Shown here piece after piece: positions 23,590-33,649 of a stretch of 33,805 nucleotides of DNA (its first letter is position 1; each line of letters opens with the position of its first letter). Origin of the DNA: a virus (lineage: Duplodnaviria; Caudoviricetes). A program made the translations under genes and the position numbers. Location: the IMG/VR virus record IMGVR_UViG_3300032321_001491, positions 1-33,805 of that record; one strand, written 5' to 3'. The notes below the pieces were generated by a model. The model was not told the DNA's origin and did not search any database. It saw only the letters and a list, made by a program, of their open reading frames with translations.

Positions 23590-24636
23590 ATGGCAACACA
23601 AGAAGAAATTTTGGCAAAAGCCAATGAGGTAACTACTGCGGTAGTTTCAAACAGCAGCCCAGTCAGTGGTGGTGGTGGACTTCTCTACCCAGAGCAAGCA
23701 AATCGCTTCCTTGACTTTGTTGTTGATCAATCAGTTCTGATGCAGAACGCAAGAGTTGTTCGTATGCGCACACCGCAGATGGACATTGACAAGGTATCGG
23801 TTGGTACTCGTCTTTTGCAGAAGGCAACAGAAGCAACAGATGACGGTTCAAACGCAGCTGTCACATTCAGCAAGGTATCGCTTTCAACTGTAAAGCTTCG
23901 TCTTGACTGGAATATTTCAACAGAATCGTTGGAAGACAACATTGAAGGTGCATCGTTGGAAGACCATATCGCACAAGTCATGGCTCGCCAGACTGCAAAC
24001 GACATGGATGATCTTTTCATCAACGGTAACACATCATCAAACAACGGTCTTCTTAAGGCTTTGGATGGTTTTGTTAAGTTGGCAAAGACTTCGGGTCGTG
24101 TTGTGGACTTCGCAGGAAACAATGTTTCCCGTTCGGTTTATGACAAGATTCTCCGTAACATGCCAAGCAAGTACTTGCAGCGCCGTAATGAACTGAGATT
24201 CTTCACAGGTCCAGGCGTTGTTCAGGACTCAATCTATAGCTTGGGTAATCCAAACTCAGCAACTGAAGCAACAGCAGGCGCACCTGCTCCAATGTCAACT
24301 GCTGGTGAAATGGCATTCTTGCAGGGCTCAATGAGAGCGAATGGCGGTCCTGGTGCAACTGGTCTTGCACCATTCGGTATTCCTTTGATTGAAGTACCTC
24401 TAACTCCAGAAACAGTCGCTGGTGACTATTCACCAACAACTGGCTCGCATGGTTATGTGGAACTCACATTCCCTAATAACCGTGTAATTGGTATCCACCG
24501 TGACATTACAGTGTATCGCCAGTTCAAGCCAAAGACTGACACAATTGAGTACACACAGTACATGAGAGTAGCAAACAACATTGAAAATGCTGATTCGTAT
24601 GTAATCGGTAAGAATGTTAAGTTGCGCACACTCTAA
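23590..24636 (+). CDS. Major capsid protein (HK97 fold)
   Basis: GGLLYPEQANRF, ISTESLEDNIEG, DDLFING, DG..KLA; strong SD AAGGAGG; gene position. Confidence 0.92.
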   Translation: MATQEEILAKANEVTTAVVSNSSPVSGGGGLLYPEQANRFLDFVVDQSVLMQNARVVRMRTPQMDIDKVSVGTRLLQKATEATDDGSNAAVTFSKVSLSTVKLRLDWNISTESLEDNIEGASLEDHIAQVMARQTANDMDDLFINGNTSSNNGLLKALDGFVKLAKTSGRVVDFAGNNVSRSVYDKILRNMPSKYLQRRNELRFFTGPGVVQDSIYSLGNPNSATEATAGAPAPMSTAGEMAFLQGSMRANGGPGATGLAPFGIPLIEVPLTPETVAGDYSPTTGSHGYVELTFPNNRVIGIHRDITVYRQFKPKTDTIEYTQYMRVANNIENADSYVIGKNVKLRTL

Positions 24637-24660
24637 TTTAAATAATTAAAGTAGATATTG

Positions 24661-24688
24661 GGCGGGGCTAATTTAAGCCCCGCCTTTT
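24661..24688 (+). terminator. Intrinsic terminator after capsid gene
   Basis: GGCGGGGCT-AATTTA-AGCCCCGCC-TTTT. Confidence 0.9.
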
Positions 24689-24760
24689 ATCTATATTGAT
24701 ACAAAATTATCCATAGGAAGTCAATTGATTTATATGGATATAAATGATAGGATTGATAAT

Positions 24761-25060
24761 ATGACTGAACAAAAGAATAGCGTAACAACAGAAAAAATTA
24801 ATGAACCAAAAAAAACTGTAGCAAAAAAAGCTACGCCAAAAAAAGTTATTACTGAAGAAACTATTACTAGCAATGAAACGGTACTAGTTGTCTTTGAAAG
24901 TGGAGCAGGTTATGCAACTGGCTCTGGATTTCACTTTTCTCAACAAAACAAAATGGCAGAAGTTCCTGTAGATGAAGCTAAGCAGCTTTTATCTTTGGAT
25001 AACTTCAGATTACCTAGTGATGAAGAAAAGGAAATGTATTATAATAATCTGGAGGATTAA
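24761..25060 (+). CDS. Hypothetical protein (start MTEQK)
   Basis: Leaderless after TGaTAGGAT. Confidence 0.75.
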   Translation: MTEQKNSVTTEKINEPKKTVAKKATPKKVITEETITSNETVLVVFESGAGYATGSGFHFSQQNKMAEVPVDEAKQLLSLDNFRLPSDEEKEMYYNNLED

Positions 25061-25062
25061 TA

Positions 25063-25446
25063 GTGGCAGGCAATCTAACAAACTATCTTGAAAGTAAATT
25101 GATTGATCACTTTCTTGGTACAACAACATATACAAAACCAACGACTGTCTATGTAGGTCTTTTTACTGTTACTCCAGGTGAAGCTGGTGGTGGAACAGAA
25201 GTTACTGGCGGCTCCTATGCTCGTCAATCAGCAGCCTTTGGTGCCGCAACTCTTGGCGCTACCACAAACAGTGCCAATATTGACTTTGCTGGAATGCCAG
25301 CTGCTACAACAGTAGCAATTGGAATTTTTGATGCTATCACTGCTGGCAACATGTTGCTATACGGTGCTTTAACAACTAATAAAACAACAGATGCAGGTGA
25401 CACACTAAGAATTGCTACAGGCAGTCTTTCTGTGAGCATTGACTAA
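25063..25446 (+). CDS. Putative virion structural/fiber-associated protein
   Basis: TNYLE..L, YVGLFT..P, EVTGGSYARQ, GIFDA..GN.L..G.L pattern typical of phage structural proteins. Confidence 0.8.
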   Translation: MAGNLTNYLESKLIDHFLGTTTYTKPTTVYVGLFTVTPGEAGGGTEVTGGSYARQSAAFGAATLGATTNSANIDFAGMPAATTVAIGIFDAITAGNMLLYGALTTNKTTDAGDTLRIATGSLSVSID

Positions 25447-25455
25447 GGAGATAGC

Positions 25456-25797
25456 ATGGAGAGGAGACAGTTTACAGGCGCAGCGCTCAGGGTAAACCTC
25501 TCTTCGTCTATTTCCAATACAGCTACAACAATTAATTTAACAGATGGTTCAACTTATCCAGTCGGAACAAGTCCTTTTGTTATTGTAATTGATCGTGGAA
25601 CTGCAAGTGAGGAAAAAGTTTTGGTATCAACAAGAACAGCTAATACATTAACTGTTAGCGATAGAGGATATGATGGAACAATTGCGCTTCCGCATGACAA
25701 TGGCGCATTTGTTGATCACATACTAGACGCAGTTGTTATTCAAAATATGAATATAACCACATATGACAATCAAGTTTTAATGTGGATGGGGGCGTAA
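25456..25797 (+). CDS. Putative virion structural protein
   Basis: AAGGAG SD; T/S-rich beta pattern, RGYDGT...H..G motif. Confidence 0.75.
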   Translation: MERRQFTGAALRVNLSSSISNTATTINLTDGSTYPVGTSPFVIVIDRGTASEEKVLVSTRTANTLTVSDRGYDGTIALPHDNGAFVDHILDAVVIQNMNITTYDNQVLMWMGA

Positions 25798-26130
25798 ATG
25801 GCACAGCTATTACCAAAGAATTTCTACACAGGGAACTCAACTGCTGCAAATGTTTATACTGTAGCAAATACAGCAAATTATTATTCAATTATTAAAAATA
25901 TTAACATTTGCAATACAAGCAATGCTGCAAATGCTACAGCAAGCATTCATTTGCTTACAGATGGTGCAGCACCGTCAAATGATAATAAAATTATTAGCAA
26001 CGCAATTATCATTCTTTCAGATGTGCTTTACTACAACACATCAATCGTGGTTCCTGCTAATACAAAAATCTATGTGTCATCAAGCTCAAGTTCGTTGACA
26101 TTTTCAATAAGTGGAGTAGAATATGCCTAA
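25798..26130 (+). CDS. Putative virion structural protein
   Basis: YTV...IIKNINICN...ISGVE pattern. Confidence 0.75.
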   Translation: MAQLLPKNFYTGNSTAANVYTVANTANYYSIIKNINICNTSNAANATASIHLLTDGAAPSNDNKIISNAIIILSDVLYYNTSIVVPANTKIYVSSSSSSLTFSISGVEYA

Positions 26131-28135
26131 TTTAGTTTACGATCCGTCATTTAATAATTTTGTTGTTCAAGTAGATACTGTTCAAACACTTACTAACAAA
26201 ACTTTAGTAGCTCCTGCTCTTGGCACACCAATTTCTTTAACTCTCACCAATGCCACGGGGCTTCCGATTAGTACAGGCGTAACTGGTCTTGGAGCAAATA
26301 TTGCTACATTCCTTGGTACACCAACATCAGCTAATCTCCGTAGTGCGGTCACTGATGAAACAGGAACTGGGTCTATTGTGTTTAGTGACTCACCAACTTT
26401 AGTTACCCCTGTATTGGGCGTAGCAAGCGCTACAAGCGTTAATAAACTAACAATCACAGCACCAGCCACTTCTGCTACTTTAACTTTGGCTAACGGTAGC
26501 TCTTTTACCACTTCTGGTGCTTTTGATACTGTTCTGACAGCAACTGCAAATACTTCGGTAACATTGCCTACAACAGGAACTCTTGCTACAACAGCAAACC
26601 TGTCTCAATTTGCTTCAACAACAAGCTCACAGCTTGCTGGTATTATTTCTGATGAAACAGGCACTGGTAACTTGGTGTTCTCAAACTCGCCAACTCTTGT
26701 AACGCCAATACTTGGGACACCGCAATCTGTGAATTTGACCAACGCTACATCACTCCCGATCTCTACTGGTGTTAGTGGTCTTGGCGCTAATGTCGCTACA
26801 TTCCTTGCAACCCCAAGCTCTGCCAACTTAATCAATGTTGTAACAGATGAGAGTGGAACAGGGACTCTTATATTCAATACAAGCCCAAATATTAACACAT
26901 CGGTTACAACATCAAGCGCATCTTTTGATTTGATCAATACAACCGCAACAACTGTCAACTTTGCTGGCGCTGCTACAACATTGTCTATTGGTAATGCCTC
27001 TGGTAATACTTCTTTAAATGGTAATGTCACGGTTGGTGGAAACTTAACTGTTTCTGGTACTAACACTATTATTAATGCCAATACAATAACAGTATCTGAC
27101 AAAAATATTGAACTGGGAACAATTGCATCACCAACTAATACAACTGCTGATGGCGGTGGAATAACTCTAAGAGGAACAACTGATAAAACAATTACTTGGT
27201 CAAATTCATTAACATCCTGGACATCATCTGAAGACTTCAGTATTGCTACTGGAAAATCATATGAAGTTAACGGTACAGCAGTTCTATCAGCAACAACTCT
27301 CGGTTCAGGAGTTACTGGTTCTTCTCTAACATCATTTGGGACAAGCCCATCTTTAACAACTCCTGTTATTTCTTCGGGTGGTGCGACATTTAACGGTTCA
27401 ACATCTGGTACAACAGTTCTTAAGGCAAACGCAACAGCTGGAACTACAACTATTACCTTGCCAGCAGTAACGGGAACTGCTATAACTACTGGAGATACTG
27501 GAACTGTTACATCCACAATGATTCTTGATGGAACAATTGCCAATGCTGATATTTCAACAAGCGCCGCAATTGCCATTTCAAAACTAGCAGCAGGAACTGC
27601 TGGTCAAGTAATTCTTGCTAATGCGACTGGGGTTGCAACATATGTAACACCTTCTGGAGATGTTTCCTGGGATAGTTCAGGCAATGTGCAGATTACTGCA
27701 AATACAATTGTTAACGCAGATATAAACTCAGCAGCAGCAATTGCCTATAGCAAACTTTCTTTGGCAAATACTATTGTTAATGCTGATATTTCAACAGCAG
27801 CTGCAATTGATTTAGGAAAAATTGCTGATGTTTCAACGAACGCTAATACCGCAACTGCTTATACACTTGTTTTAGCTGACAAAAATAAAGTAGTTGAGCT
27901 TAATAACGCAGCAGCAATTGCTCTTACAGTACCAGCTGATAATACAGTTGCTTATGGAACAGGAACTCAAATTACTCTTCTTCAAACAGGTGCTGGTCAA
28001 GTAACTATCGCTGGCGCTTCTGGTGTTACTGTTAACGCAACTCCTGGTTTAAAGATGCGAGCACAATGGTCATCTGTTACACTATTAAAGAGAGCCGCTA
28101 ATACATGGGTGGCTATGGGAGACTTGAGCACATAA
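26123..28135 (+). CDS. Fiber protein (tail or head fiber) with internal repeats
   Basis: T/S/A/G-rich; duplicated ~65-aa block (LGTP..LTNAT.LPISTGV.GLGAN..TFL.TP.SANL...VTDE.GTG); three I.NADI...AAI..K repeats; C-terminal YTLVLAD...W...GDL domain. Confidence 0.85.
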   Translation: MPNLVYDPSFNNFVVQVDTVQTLTNKTLVAPALGTPISLTLTNATGLPISTGVTGLGANIATFLGTPTSANLRSAVTDETGTGSIVFSDSPTLVTPVLGVASATSVNKLTITAPATSATLTLANGSSFTTSGAFDTVLTATANTSVTLPTTGTLATTANLSQFASTTSSQLAGIISDETGTGNLVFSNSPTLVTPILGTPQSVNLTNATSLPISTGVSGLGANVATFLATPSSANLINVVTDESGTGTLIFNTSPNINTSVTTSSASFDLINTTATTVNFAGAATTLSIGNASGNTSLNGNVTVGGNLTVSGTNTIINANTITVSDKNIELGTIASPTNTTADGGGITLRGTTDKTITWSNSLTSWTSSEDFSIATGKSYEVNGTAVLSATTLGSGVTGSSLTSFGTSPSLTTPVISSGGATFNGSTSGTTVLKANATAGTTTITLPAVTGTAITTGDTGTVTSTMILDGTIANADISTSAAIAISKLAAGTAGQVILANATGVATYVTPSGDVSWDSSGNVQITANTIVNADINSAAAIAYSKLSLANTIVNADISTAAAIDLGKIADVSTNANTATAYTLVLADKNKVVELNNAAAIALTVPADNTVAYGTGTQITLLQTGAGQVTIAGASGVTVNATPGLKMRAQWSSVTLLKRAANTWVAMGDLST

Positions 28136-28136
28136 T

Positions 28137-28511
28137 ATGAAATTTTTTGGTGGAGGAAATCAAAACTTAAAGTTTTTAAGAAAAAAAGCTAAGCCAACAA
28201 TTGCTGAAGGCACTGCTCAAGCAACTGCTAATACAACTATTACCAATGCTGGTTTTAAAGTTGGAACTGTAGGAACAACTGCTACTCAAAACAGTGGTTT
28301 GAATGGTGTTGTTTTACCAGCCGTTACCGATACGACAGTTACTCCATTAGGAACTGCTATCAACTATAACATTGGAGTTTTTTCACCACCAACATTTTTT
28401 GGTCCTCCGTCATTCTTTTCGCCTCCTGCATTTTTCTCACCACCTGGATTTTTTTCACCTCCTGGGTTCTTCGCCCCTCCTGGGTTCTTCGCCCCTCCAG
28501 CATTTAAGTAA
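28137..28511 (+). CDS. PASTA-like domain protein with seven C-terminal F-[SGA]-P-P-x-F repeats
   Basis: P....G....A...I..AGF.VG.V........G.V.......GT.I pattern; repeats at 28380-28505. Confidence 0.8.
   Translation: MKFFGGGNQNLKFLRKKAKPTIAEGTAQATANTTITNAGFKVGTVGTTATQNSGLNGVVLPAVTDTTVTPLGTAINYNIGVFSPPTFFGPPSFFSPPAFFSPPGFFSPPGFFAPPGFFAPPAFK
28380..28505 (+). repeat. 7 x 18-bp coding tandem repeat
   Basis: FSPPTF FGPPSF FSPPAF FSPPGF FSPPGF FAPPGF FAPPAF. Confidence 0.95.
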
Positions 28512-28522
28512 TTGCTGCAACT

Positions 28523-29317
28523 ATGAAGTTTAAAGAACTTTACCCCAAGGTGCTTGTCTATCAAGACCTACTGCCAGAGCCAGATCGTTTGTATCAAATA
28601 GTAAAGGATTCCGAGCGTGACGCTGATGGAAGGTTTTATTTGAGAAAGTGGGATAAATGGTCTGTTTTTGGGACATACTCTCAAGAAAAGCATGAAGATA
28701 GTGAGCATTATGAACCAAGAGAATTTGGTGAAAGATATGACGATGAAAAATATCTAGCAGATTGTGTAATTGAAGCTTACTCTAAAGCAATTAATCACTA
28801 TGTAGATAAACATAATGTGTCCGTTCCAGAAGGTGGTAGATTGATGACATCTTCTTTTTCAAAATACGACAGTGATTTAGATGTTTTAAAAAATGGTATG
28901 ACAATGCCGTACCACACTGATTTCATTATTTCAGAAAGAGCAATGCCAGGAAATAAATTTTTTCTTACATGCACTACATATATCAATGATGATTATGATG
29001 GTGGAGATATTTGTTTTTATATCAATGGTGATTTTATTAATTATAAACCAAAAGCTGGCGATATTCTTGTATTCCCATCTGGACTTCCTTATTATCACGG
29101 AGTAAAAACTATTAAAAATGGAAACAAATTTTTTATAAGAAACTTTATACAGTACCCATTTAATGGGACAAAAGAGTGGTTAGCAAAGCAAAGAGAGTTT
29201 GGAGCGCCAAGGTGGGCGGACAAAGAAAGGGATAGGCTTGCTTATGAAAATCCAAGAAATATGTTATATGTTTATAACAATGAAATTATTTCTTATGATG
29301 ATCTTCTTAAGAAGTGA
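28523..29317 (+). CDS. 2OG-Fe(II) oxygenase, prolyl-4-hydroxylase-like
   Basis: YHTD...YINDDYDGGDI...KPKAGDILVFPS...YHGV. Confidence 0.92.
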   Translation: MKFKELYPKVLVYQDLLPEPDRLYQIVKDSERDADGRFYLRKWDKWSVFGTYSQEKHEDSEHYEPREFGERYDDEKYLADCVIEAYSKAINHYVDKHNVSVPEGGRLMTSSFSKYDSDLDVLKNGMTMPYHTDFIISERAMPGNKFFLTCTTYINDDYDGGDICFYINGDFINYKPKAGDILVFPSGLPYYHGVKTIKNGNKFFIRNFIQYPFNGTKEWLAKQREFGAPRWADKERDRLAYENPRNMLYVYNNEIISYDDLLKK

Positions 29318-29972
29318 ACTCTTCAATTGTATAAAAAGAAGGTATAACCCATCGCTCTCCAGAGAGAACTGGAGTAACTCCATGAAGGTATTCAATATCT
29401 CCTGGGTGAAATACAGCTAGTCCAGGTTTTGGAGAAACTTTAATCCCGTGTTTTGGATAAAATAATTCTCCACCAATAAAATTATCATTGAGATAAAATA
29501 ATGAGTTAATGTCGTAATCAATAAAGGCATTTGGTCTTCCATCTTGAACTTGTTTATCGGCATGTGGAACTTGAAAATCTCCAGCTCTCCAGCAAACAAT
29601 AACTGGTGGTCTTTTTCTTAAGCGAACTTTAAATTTTTTTTCCAAAACTAATTGCATTTTTTCAATATAATAATCAATTAAATTAAATATATTAATATCT
29701 AATTCTTTAATTAACTCTGCACTACATGTTCTGTTATACCATAAATCAGAACTGTATTTTGAAACACCATCTTCATGTTCTTGAGATTCATTTGAATTAT
29801 CCCATTTATTTATTTTTTTAACAAAATTACTTAATTTTTCTAAATCTTCTGGTGTAATAAACTCATCTATATTTCCCATATTTTCTAATGAGTTACCAAA
29901 ATACCCAGGGGGTACTCTCCAAGGTTGTTCCTTATTTAAATCATCATAACTTAATGGGTATTTGTTGTTCAT
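29307..29972 (-). CDS. 2OG-Fe(II) oxygenase, prolyl-4-hydroxylase-like
   Basis: PHAD...YLNDNFIGGELFYP...LHGVTPVLSGERW. Confidence 0.92.
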   Translation of the reverse strand: MNNKYPLSYDDLNKEQPWRVPPGYFGNSLENMGNIDEFITPEDLEKLSNFVKKINKWDNSNESQEHEDGVSKYSSDLWYNRTCSAELIKELDINIFNLIDYYIEKMQLVLEKKFKVRLRKRPPVIVCWRAGDFQVPHADKQVQDGRPNAFIDYDINSLFYLNDNFIGGELFYPKHGIKVSPKPGLAVFHPGDIEYLHGVTPVLSGERWVIPSFYTIEEFTS

Positions 29973-30024
29973 GTTACCGTTCTTTATGTTATAATCAGTC
30001 TATCACAATAGACAAAAGGATTTT

Positions 30025-30777
30025 ATGCAAGCACAGTATATTTTTGATCCAAGGGTTGGAATTATCCTCTATAAAGATGCAGTGCCAAACCCCCATGAAA
30101 TTATAGATGAACTTGAAGAAACTATCGGTAATAGCACAACAGAATATTACAAATGGTCATCAGCGACTGTTGGCAATCTTGAAACAATTAATGGCTACAG
30201 AGAATGTTCTGATTGCAAAATAAACGCAAGTTTAGCAAATAATGCACCAGATTCTTTTTCTGGGATAAAAAATGTATACGAAAAAACTACAGAGTCATTA
30301 AGAGAATGCCTTTATGACTATGAATCTAGATTCAACATAAAAATGGATTTTATGGAAAGCGTTAATTATGTGAAGTATGGTGCTGGTAATTTCTTCAAAC
30401 CACACGCAGATCATGGTTTTTCATACACCGCAACAGTATCTTCTGTTATGTATTTAAATGACAATTATGAAGGTGGTGAATTATACTTTCCTACATTTAA
30501 TTTTAAAATTAAACCAAAAGCTGGAGATGTAATTATGTTTCCATCAACTTTTATTTACACTCATGGCTCTGATGTTGTTACTTCTGGCGTTAAGTATTCA
30601 GCAGTAACTATGTTTGATTATAATGAAAGAAACCATAAAGGTTTTCAGTATGGTTTTAACTTAGATGGCTCCCCAGCCGACCCAGATGCTGGTCGGGGTA
30701 TCCGATTCCCTAACGGAAGATTCTTGTCACAACTTGTTCCTTTAGAACAGGGTTATGACTTTTCAAGGTATAGTTAG
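30025..30777 (+). CDS. 2OG-Fe(II) oxygenase, prolyl-4-hydroxylase-like
   Basis: PHAD...YLNDNYEGGELYF...THGS...GVKY. Confidence 0.92.
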   Translation: MQAQYIFDPRVGIILYKDAVPNPHEIIDELEETIGNSTTEYYKWSSATVGNLETINGYRECSDCKINASLANNAPDSFSGIKNVYEKTTESLRECLYDYESRFNIKMDFMESVNYVKYGAGNFFKPHADHGFSYTATVSSVMYLNDNYEGGELYFPTFNFKIKPKAGDVIMFPSTFIYTHGSDVVTSGVKYSAVTMFDYNERNHKGFQYGFNLDGSPADPDAGRGIRFPNGRFLSQLVPLEQGYDFSRYS

Positions 30778-30780
30778 TAT

Positions 30781-31497
30781 ATGACAAAAATTACGCTCTC
30801 TAGAACATTGCAAACTCCAGCCCTAATTAAACAATCACGACTTAAGCGTGATTGGATGGATGCCACTTATAACAAACATGCGTATCAATGTACTCCTGTA
30901 ACAACAGCAAATGTTAATGGGTGGGAGATGCTGCTGCCAGAAGATGTTACTGTTATTTGGGATGGAGGCAATTCTCCTGCGCAAATCATTAACGGTGGTG
31001 TTCACAATGGTTGGAATTTTGCTCATTCAAATATTAATGGGATGATTTCTTTTGCTACTGGTTGGGTAATTAATACAGAAAGTCCTTATCATCTTTGGAC
31101 AACTGGATCACCAAATTATTATGTTGATGGAGCTGTGCCGATGACAGCGACTATTCCTAGTGATTGGTGGGCGGATGAGGTTCAAACGAATTGGGTTATT
31201 ACAAAAGTAAATGAGCCAGTCACTTTTAAGAAAGGTGAGCCATTTTTGTTCTTTACTATATATGATCCAAACTTACTGCCAAGTGTAGAATTTGAAACTA
31301 TTAATAGATGGGATTTCCCAGAGATCGTTGCTCAAAGAGCAGAGTATAATGATTTGAAGATTAAAAATTCCAAAGAAAATCCCTGGACATGGCTGAAGGG
31401 ACTGAGGACTGGTCGTGGCGCTAAGGGTGAGCAAATTGGTCCAAAATATCCAGGATTGCCAAAACTTAAGGAGCCAGAAATTAATGATGCAATATAA
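30781..31497 (+). CDS. DUF6065-like protein
   Basis: KRDWMD...HAY.C.P...AN..GW, TGSPN, I.SDW, F.KGEPF pattern. Confidence 0.7.
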   Translation: MTKITLSRTLQTPALIKQSRLKRDWMDATYNKHAYQCTPVTTANVNGWEMLLPEDVTVIWDGGNSPAQIINGGVHNGWNFAHSNINGMISFATGWVINTESPYHLWTTGSPNYYVDGAVPMTATIPSDWWADEVQTNWVITKVNEPVTFKKGEPFLFFTIYDPNLLPSVEFETINRWDFPEIVAQRAEYNDLKIKNSKENPWTWLKGLRTGRGAKGEQIGPKYPGLPKLKEPEINDAI

Positions 31498-32341
31498 TGA
31501 TGTAAAGGCAAATCACCTTGGTGGCGGTGTTGTCCTTTTTGAAAATACTTTTGATATGGATTGGGATTGGATTTTTAATTTTTTTAAAAAAAATGTTGAT
31601 CAAGAATCTGAAGGGATGTATACCCCAGTAAAACACCCGCATACTGGTGAAGAAGCTTATGTGAATAGAAGTGGGTATTTCTTTGATAAGAAATCCATTG
31701 AGGAAATGCCAAGTCGGAGTATGGCTTTGCATCGTGATCCAGATATGCAAGCAATTAAAACAATGGCTTTTATTGAAGAAGTTAAATATCAATGTTTATT
31801 AAAATATATGGAAATTTTCCCTCTTGTTTACAAATGCATTTGGTGGAAATCAAAAGGTCATATTTCTTATTACAAGAAGGGTATGTATCTCGGTCCCCAC
31901 TCCGATGTGAGCAGTGATTACATTTATGGTGTGCCAGAGCCAGCAAATCAGTTAGCGTTGAAAAATGTTCTTGGCACGATTGTTTATGTAACTGATGATT
32001 TTATTGGTGGTGAGCATTATTTTGATTATCTTGATATTAAATATAAGCCTAAGAAGGGAGATATTTTGATGTTCCCTGCAAACTACATGGCTGCTCACCG
32101 TGTTCTCCCAGTTGAAGATGGAGATCGTTATGCATATCTTGGGTGGTATTGTCATGGGAGTCCTAGTAAGGAGCTCAATGAGATTGTATTTGATCCACTA
32201 AAAGACCCAGACGCAGCGATTAATCGTGAAAATCTTTATATGCCTTTTTTAAGGCAAGACTTTCAAAAATATCTGCTATCACAAGGGCATGATGAAAAAT
32301 CATACGCTTATTCAATTACTGTAAACATGGAACAGGTTTGA
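31484..32341 (+). CDS. 2OG-Fe(II) oxygenase, prolyl-4-hydroxylase-like
   Basis: PHSD...DDFIGGEHYF...AHRVLPVEDGDRY. Confidence 0.9.
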   Translation: MMQYNDVKANHLGGGVVLFENTFDMDWDWIFNFFKKNVDQESEGMYTPVKHPHTGEEAYVNRSGYFFDKKSIEEMPSRSMALHRDPDMQAIKTMAFIEEVKYQCLLKYMEIFPLVYKCIWWKSKGHISYYKKGMYLGPHSDVSSDYIYGVPEPANQLALKNVLGTIVYVTDDFIGGEHYFDYLDIKYKPKKGDILMFPANYMAAHRVLPVEDGDRYAYLGWYCHGSPSKELNEIVFDPLKDPDAAINRENLYMPFLRQDFQKYLLSQGHDEKSYAYSITVNMEQV

Positions 32342-32353
32342 TATAATAACACT

Positions 32354-33031
32354 ATGCTTGTAATTGACAACTATATCAGAAACCCTGAACTGCTTGCGGA
32401 GATAGAAAATTCACCTACCCTCTTTCCAGAATCAATGGGCTCTGAGAATAGAATCGCTACTGAGCTTAATTCATATCACCATGAACAAGCAAGTTGTTTT
32501 GCTCCATATATGTTTTGGGATGGTTGGTGGAAATCACCAGCAAACACTCTTGCTAAAAAAATAGTTCAATCGGTTTGGGAGACCAATTTGCCTTTTGATA
32601 AAGAAGACATTTGTGGGTTTGAATACTGGACAAGAACATTTAATCCTGGTCAATATCTTGATGTTCATGTTGATGAGGATACTTTTTTATATGCAAAAGA
32701 AAAAGTTTTTCACGGTCCAGTTATTGGGTGTGTTTACTATCCACATACAAATGATGTGGTTGGTGGATTTTTAGAGCTTCATCCGAACGCTGTTGAAGAA
32801 AATCTTAAGTATGCCTTGGAATCAGAAAATATTCGTAATAACATTTCACCACTTGAAGATCGTGAAAGAATTGCTTGCAAACCAAACAGATTAATTGTAT
32901 TTGATGCTGGTCATACTGTTCATAATACAACTCCTCCTATTTCTGGGGTTAGGCGAGTTATGGTTATAAATGTTTGGCATAAAAATAGTCCACCATCTGC
33001 TCTTCAAACTGGTGAGTTTTTTTATGAGTAA
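32354..33031 (+). CDS. 2OG-Fe(II) oxygenase
   Basis: EYW...HVD...GGFL...NRLIVFD...HNT...RR; leaderless after TGaTATAAT. Confidence 0.85.
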   Translation: MLVIDNYIRNPELLAEIENSPTLFPESMGSENRIATELNSYHHEQASCFAPYMFWDGWWKSPANTLAKKIVQSVWETNLPFDKEDICGFEYWTRTFNPGQYLDVHVDEDTFLYAKEKVFHGPVIGCVYYPHTNDVVGGFLELHPNAVEENLKYALESENIRNNISPLEDRERIACKPNRLIVFDAGHTVHNTTPPISGVRRVMVINVWHKNSPPSALQTGEFFYE

Positions 33032-33629
33032 TTTTGAGTTTCAATCATTATTAAATATAGGTATATATAAAAAAAAATTAAATTATATTGATAATAATAA
33101 AATTTATGAAGAAATTAAAAAATATTCTAAAAGTTTAGATGAGAGTTTTAATTCAAACAAAAATCATTCATATTTTGAAGATCAAACATATCCATTTGAT
33201 GGACCAGAGTCTAATAAATTAATGAACTGTCTTTCTGCAGAAGTAAGTTCAGCTATTGGTCGTGAAATGTTGTTAAATGAAATATGGACTTTGACTCTTA
33301 AAAACGGTGAATCCGTTGGCTACCATTCGCATAAGTCAAGCAATCATTCAAACCCCGCCGAACACTACTCAATTGCTTACTATGTTAACACTCCAATTGG
33401 TAGTTCAGATATTCAGTTTAGTGTCACAGCTTGTAATACATTGGAAAGTCTAGTATCTGTTAAAGCAGAAGATGGATTGTTGGTTATTTTTAATTCTTTT
33501 ATACCTCATATGACAAATAGGCATAAAAATGTAGATGAAAATCGTGTTGTTATTAGCGCTAATTTTTCTCCCAAAAACCCAATATCAATTTCAAATCAAG
33601 ACTGGACAGCGTATTGGGATAAGAGGTGA
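33024..33629 (+). CDS. Putative 2OG-Fe(II) oxygenase, HxH type (start MSNFE)
   Basis: W...HSH...YYV...GLLVIFNSFIPH...RVVISAN. Confidence 0.82.
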   Translation: MSNFEFQSLLNIGIYKKKLNYIDNNKIYEEIKKYSKSLDESFNSNKNHSYFEDQTYPFDGPESNKLMNCLSAEVSSAIGREMLLNEIWTLTLKNGESVGYHSHKSSNHSNPAEHYSIAYYVNTPIGSSDIQFSVTACNTLESLVSVKAEDGLLVIFNSFIPHMTNRHKNVDENRVVISANFSPKNPISISNQDWTAYWDKR

Positions 33630-33649
33630 TCTTATGATAATATATACAT

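Noticed and set aside
26182-27576. Long minus-strand ORFs 26182-26511 and 26605-27576
   Set aside because: Antisense shadows of the Thr/Ala/Gly-rich fiber gene.
26123-28511. Diversity-generating retroelement TR/VR pair
   Set aside because: The duplicated fiber blocks differ at all base types rather than only adenines, and no reverse transcriptase is in the window.
28364-28564. Minus-strand ORF with KNPGGE repeats
   Set aside because: Reverse-frame reading of the FxPPxF repeat; the plus-strand ORF fits the operon and has a recognisable domain.
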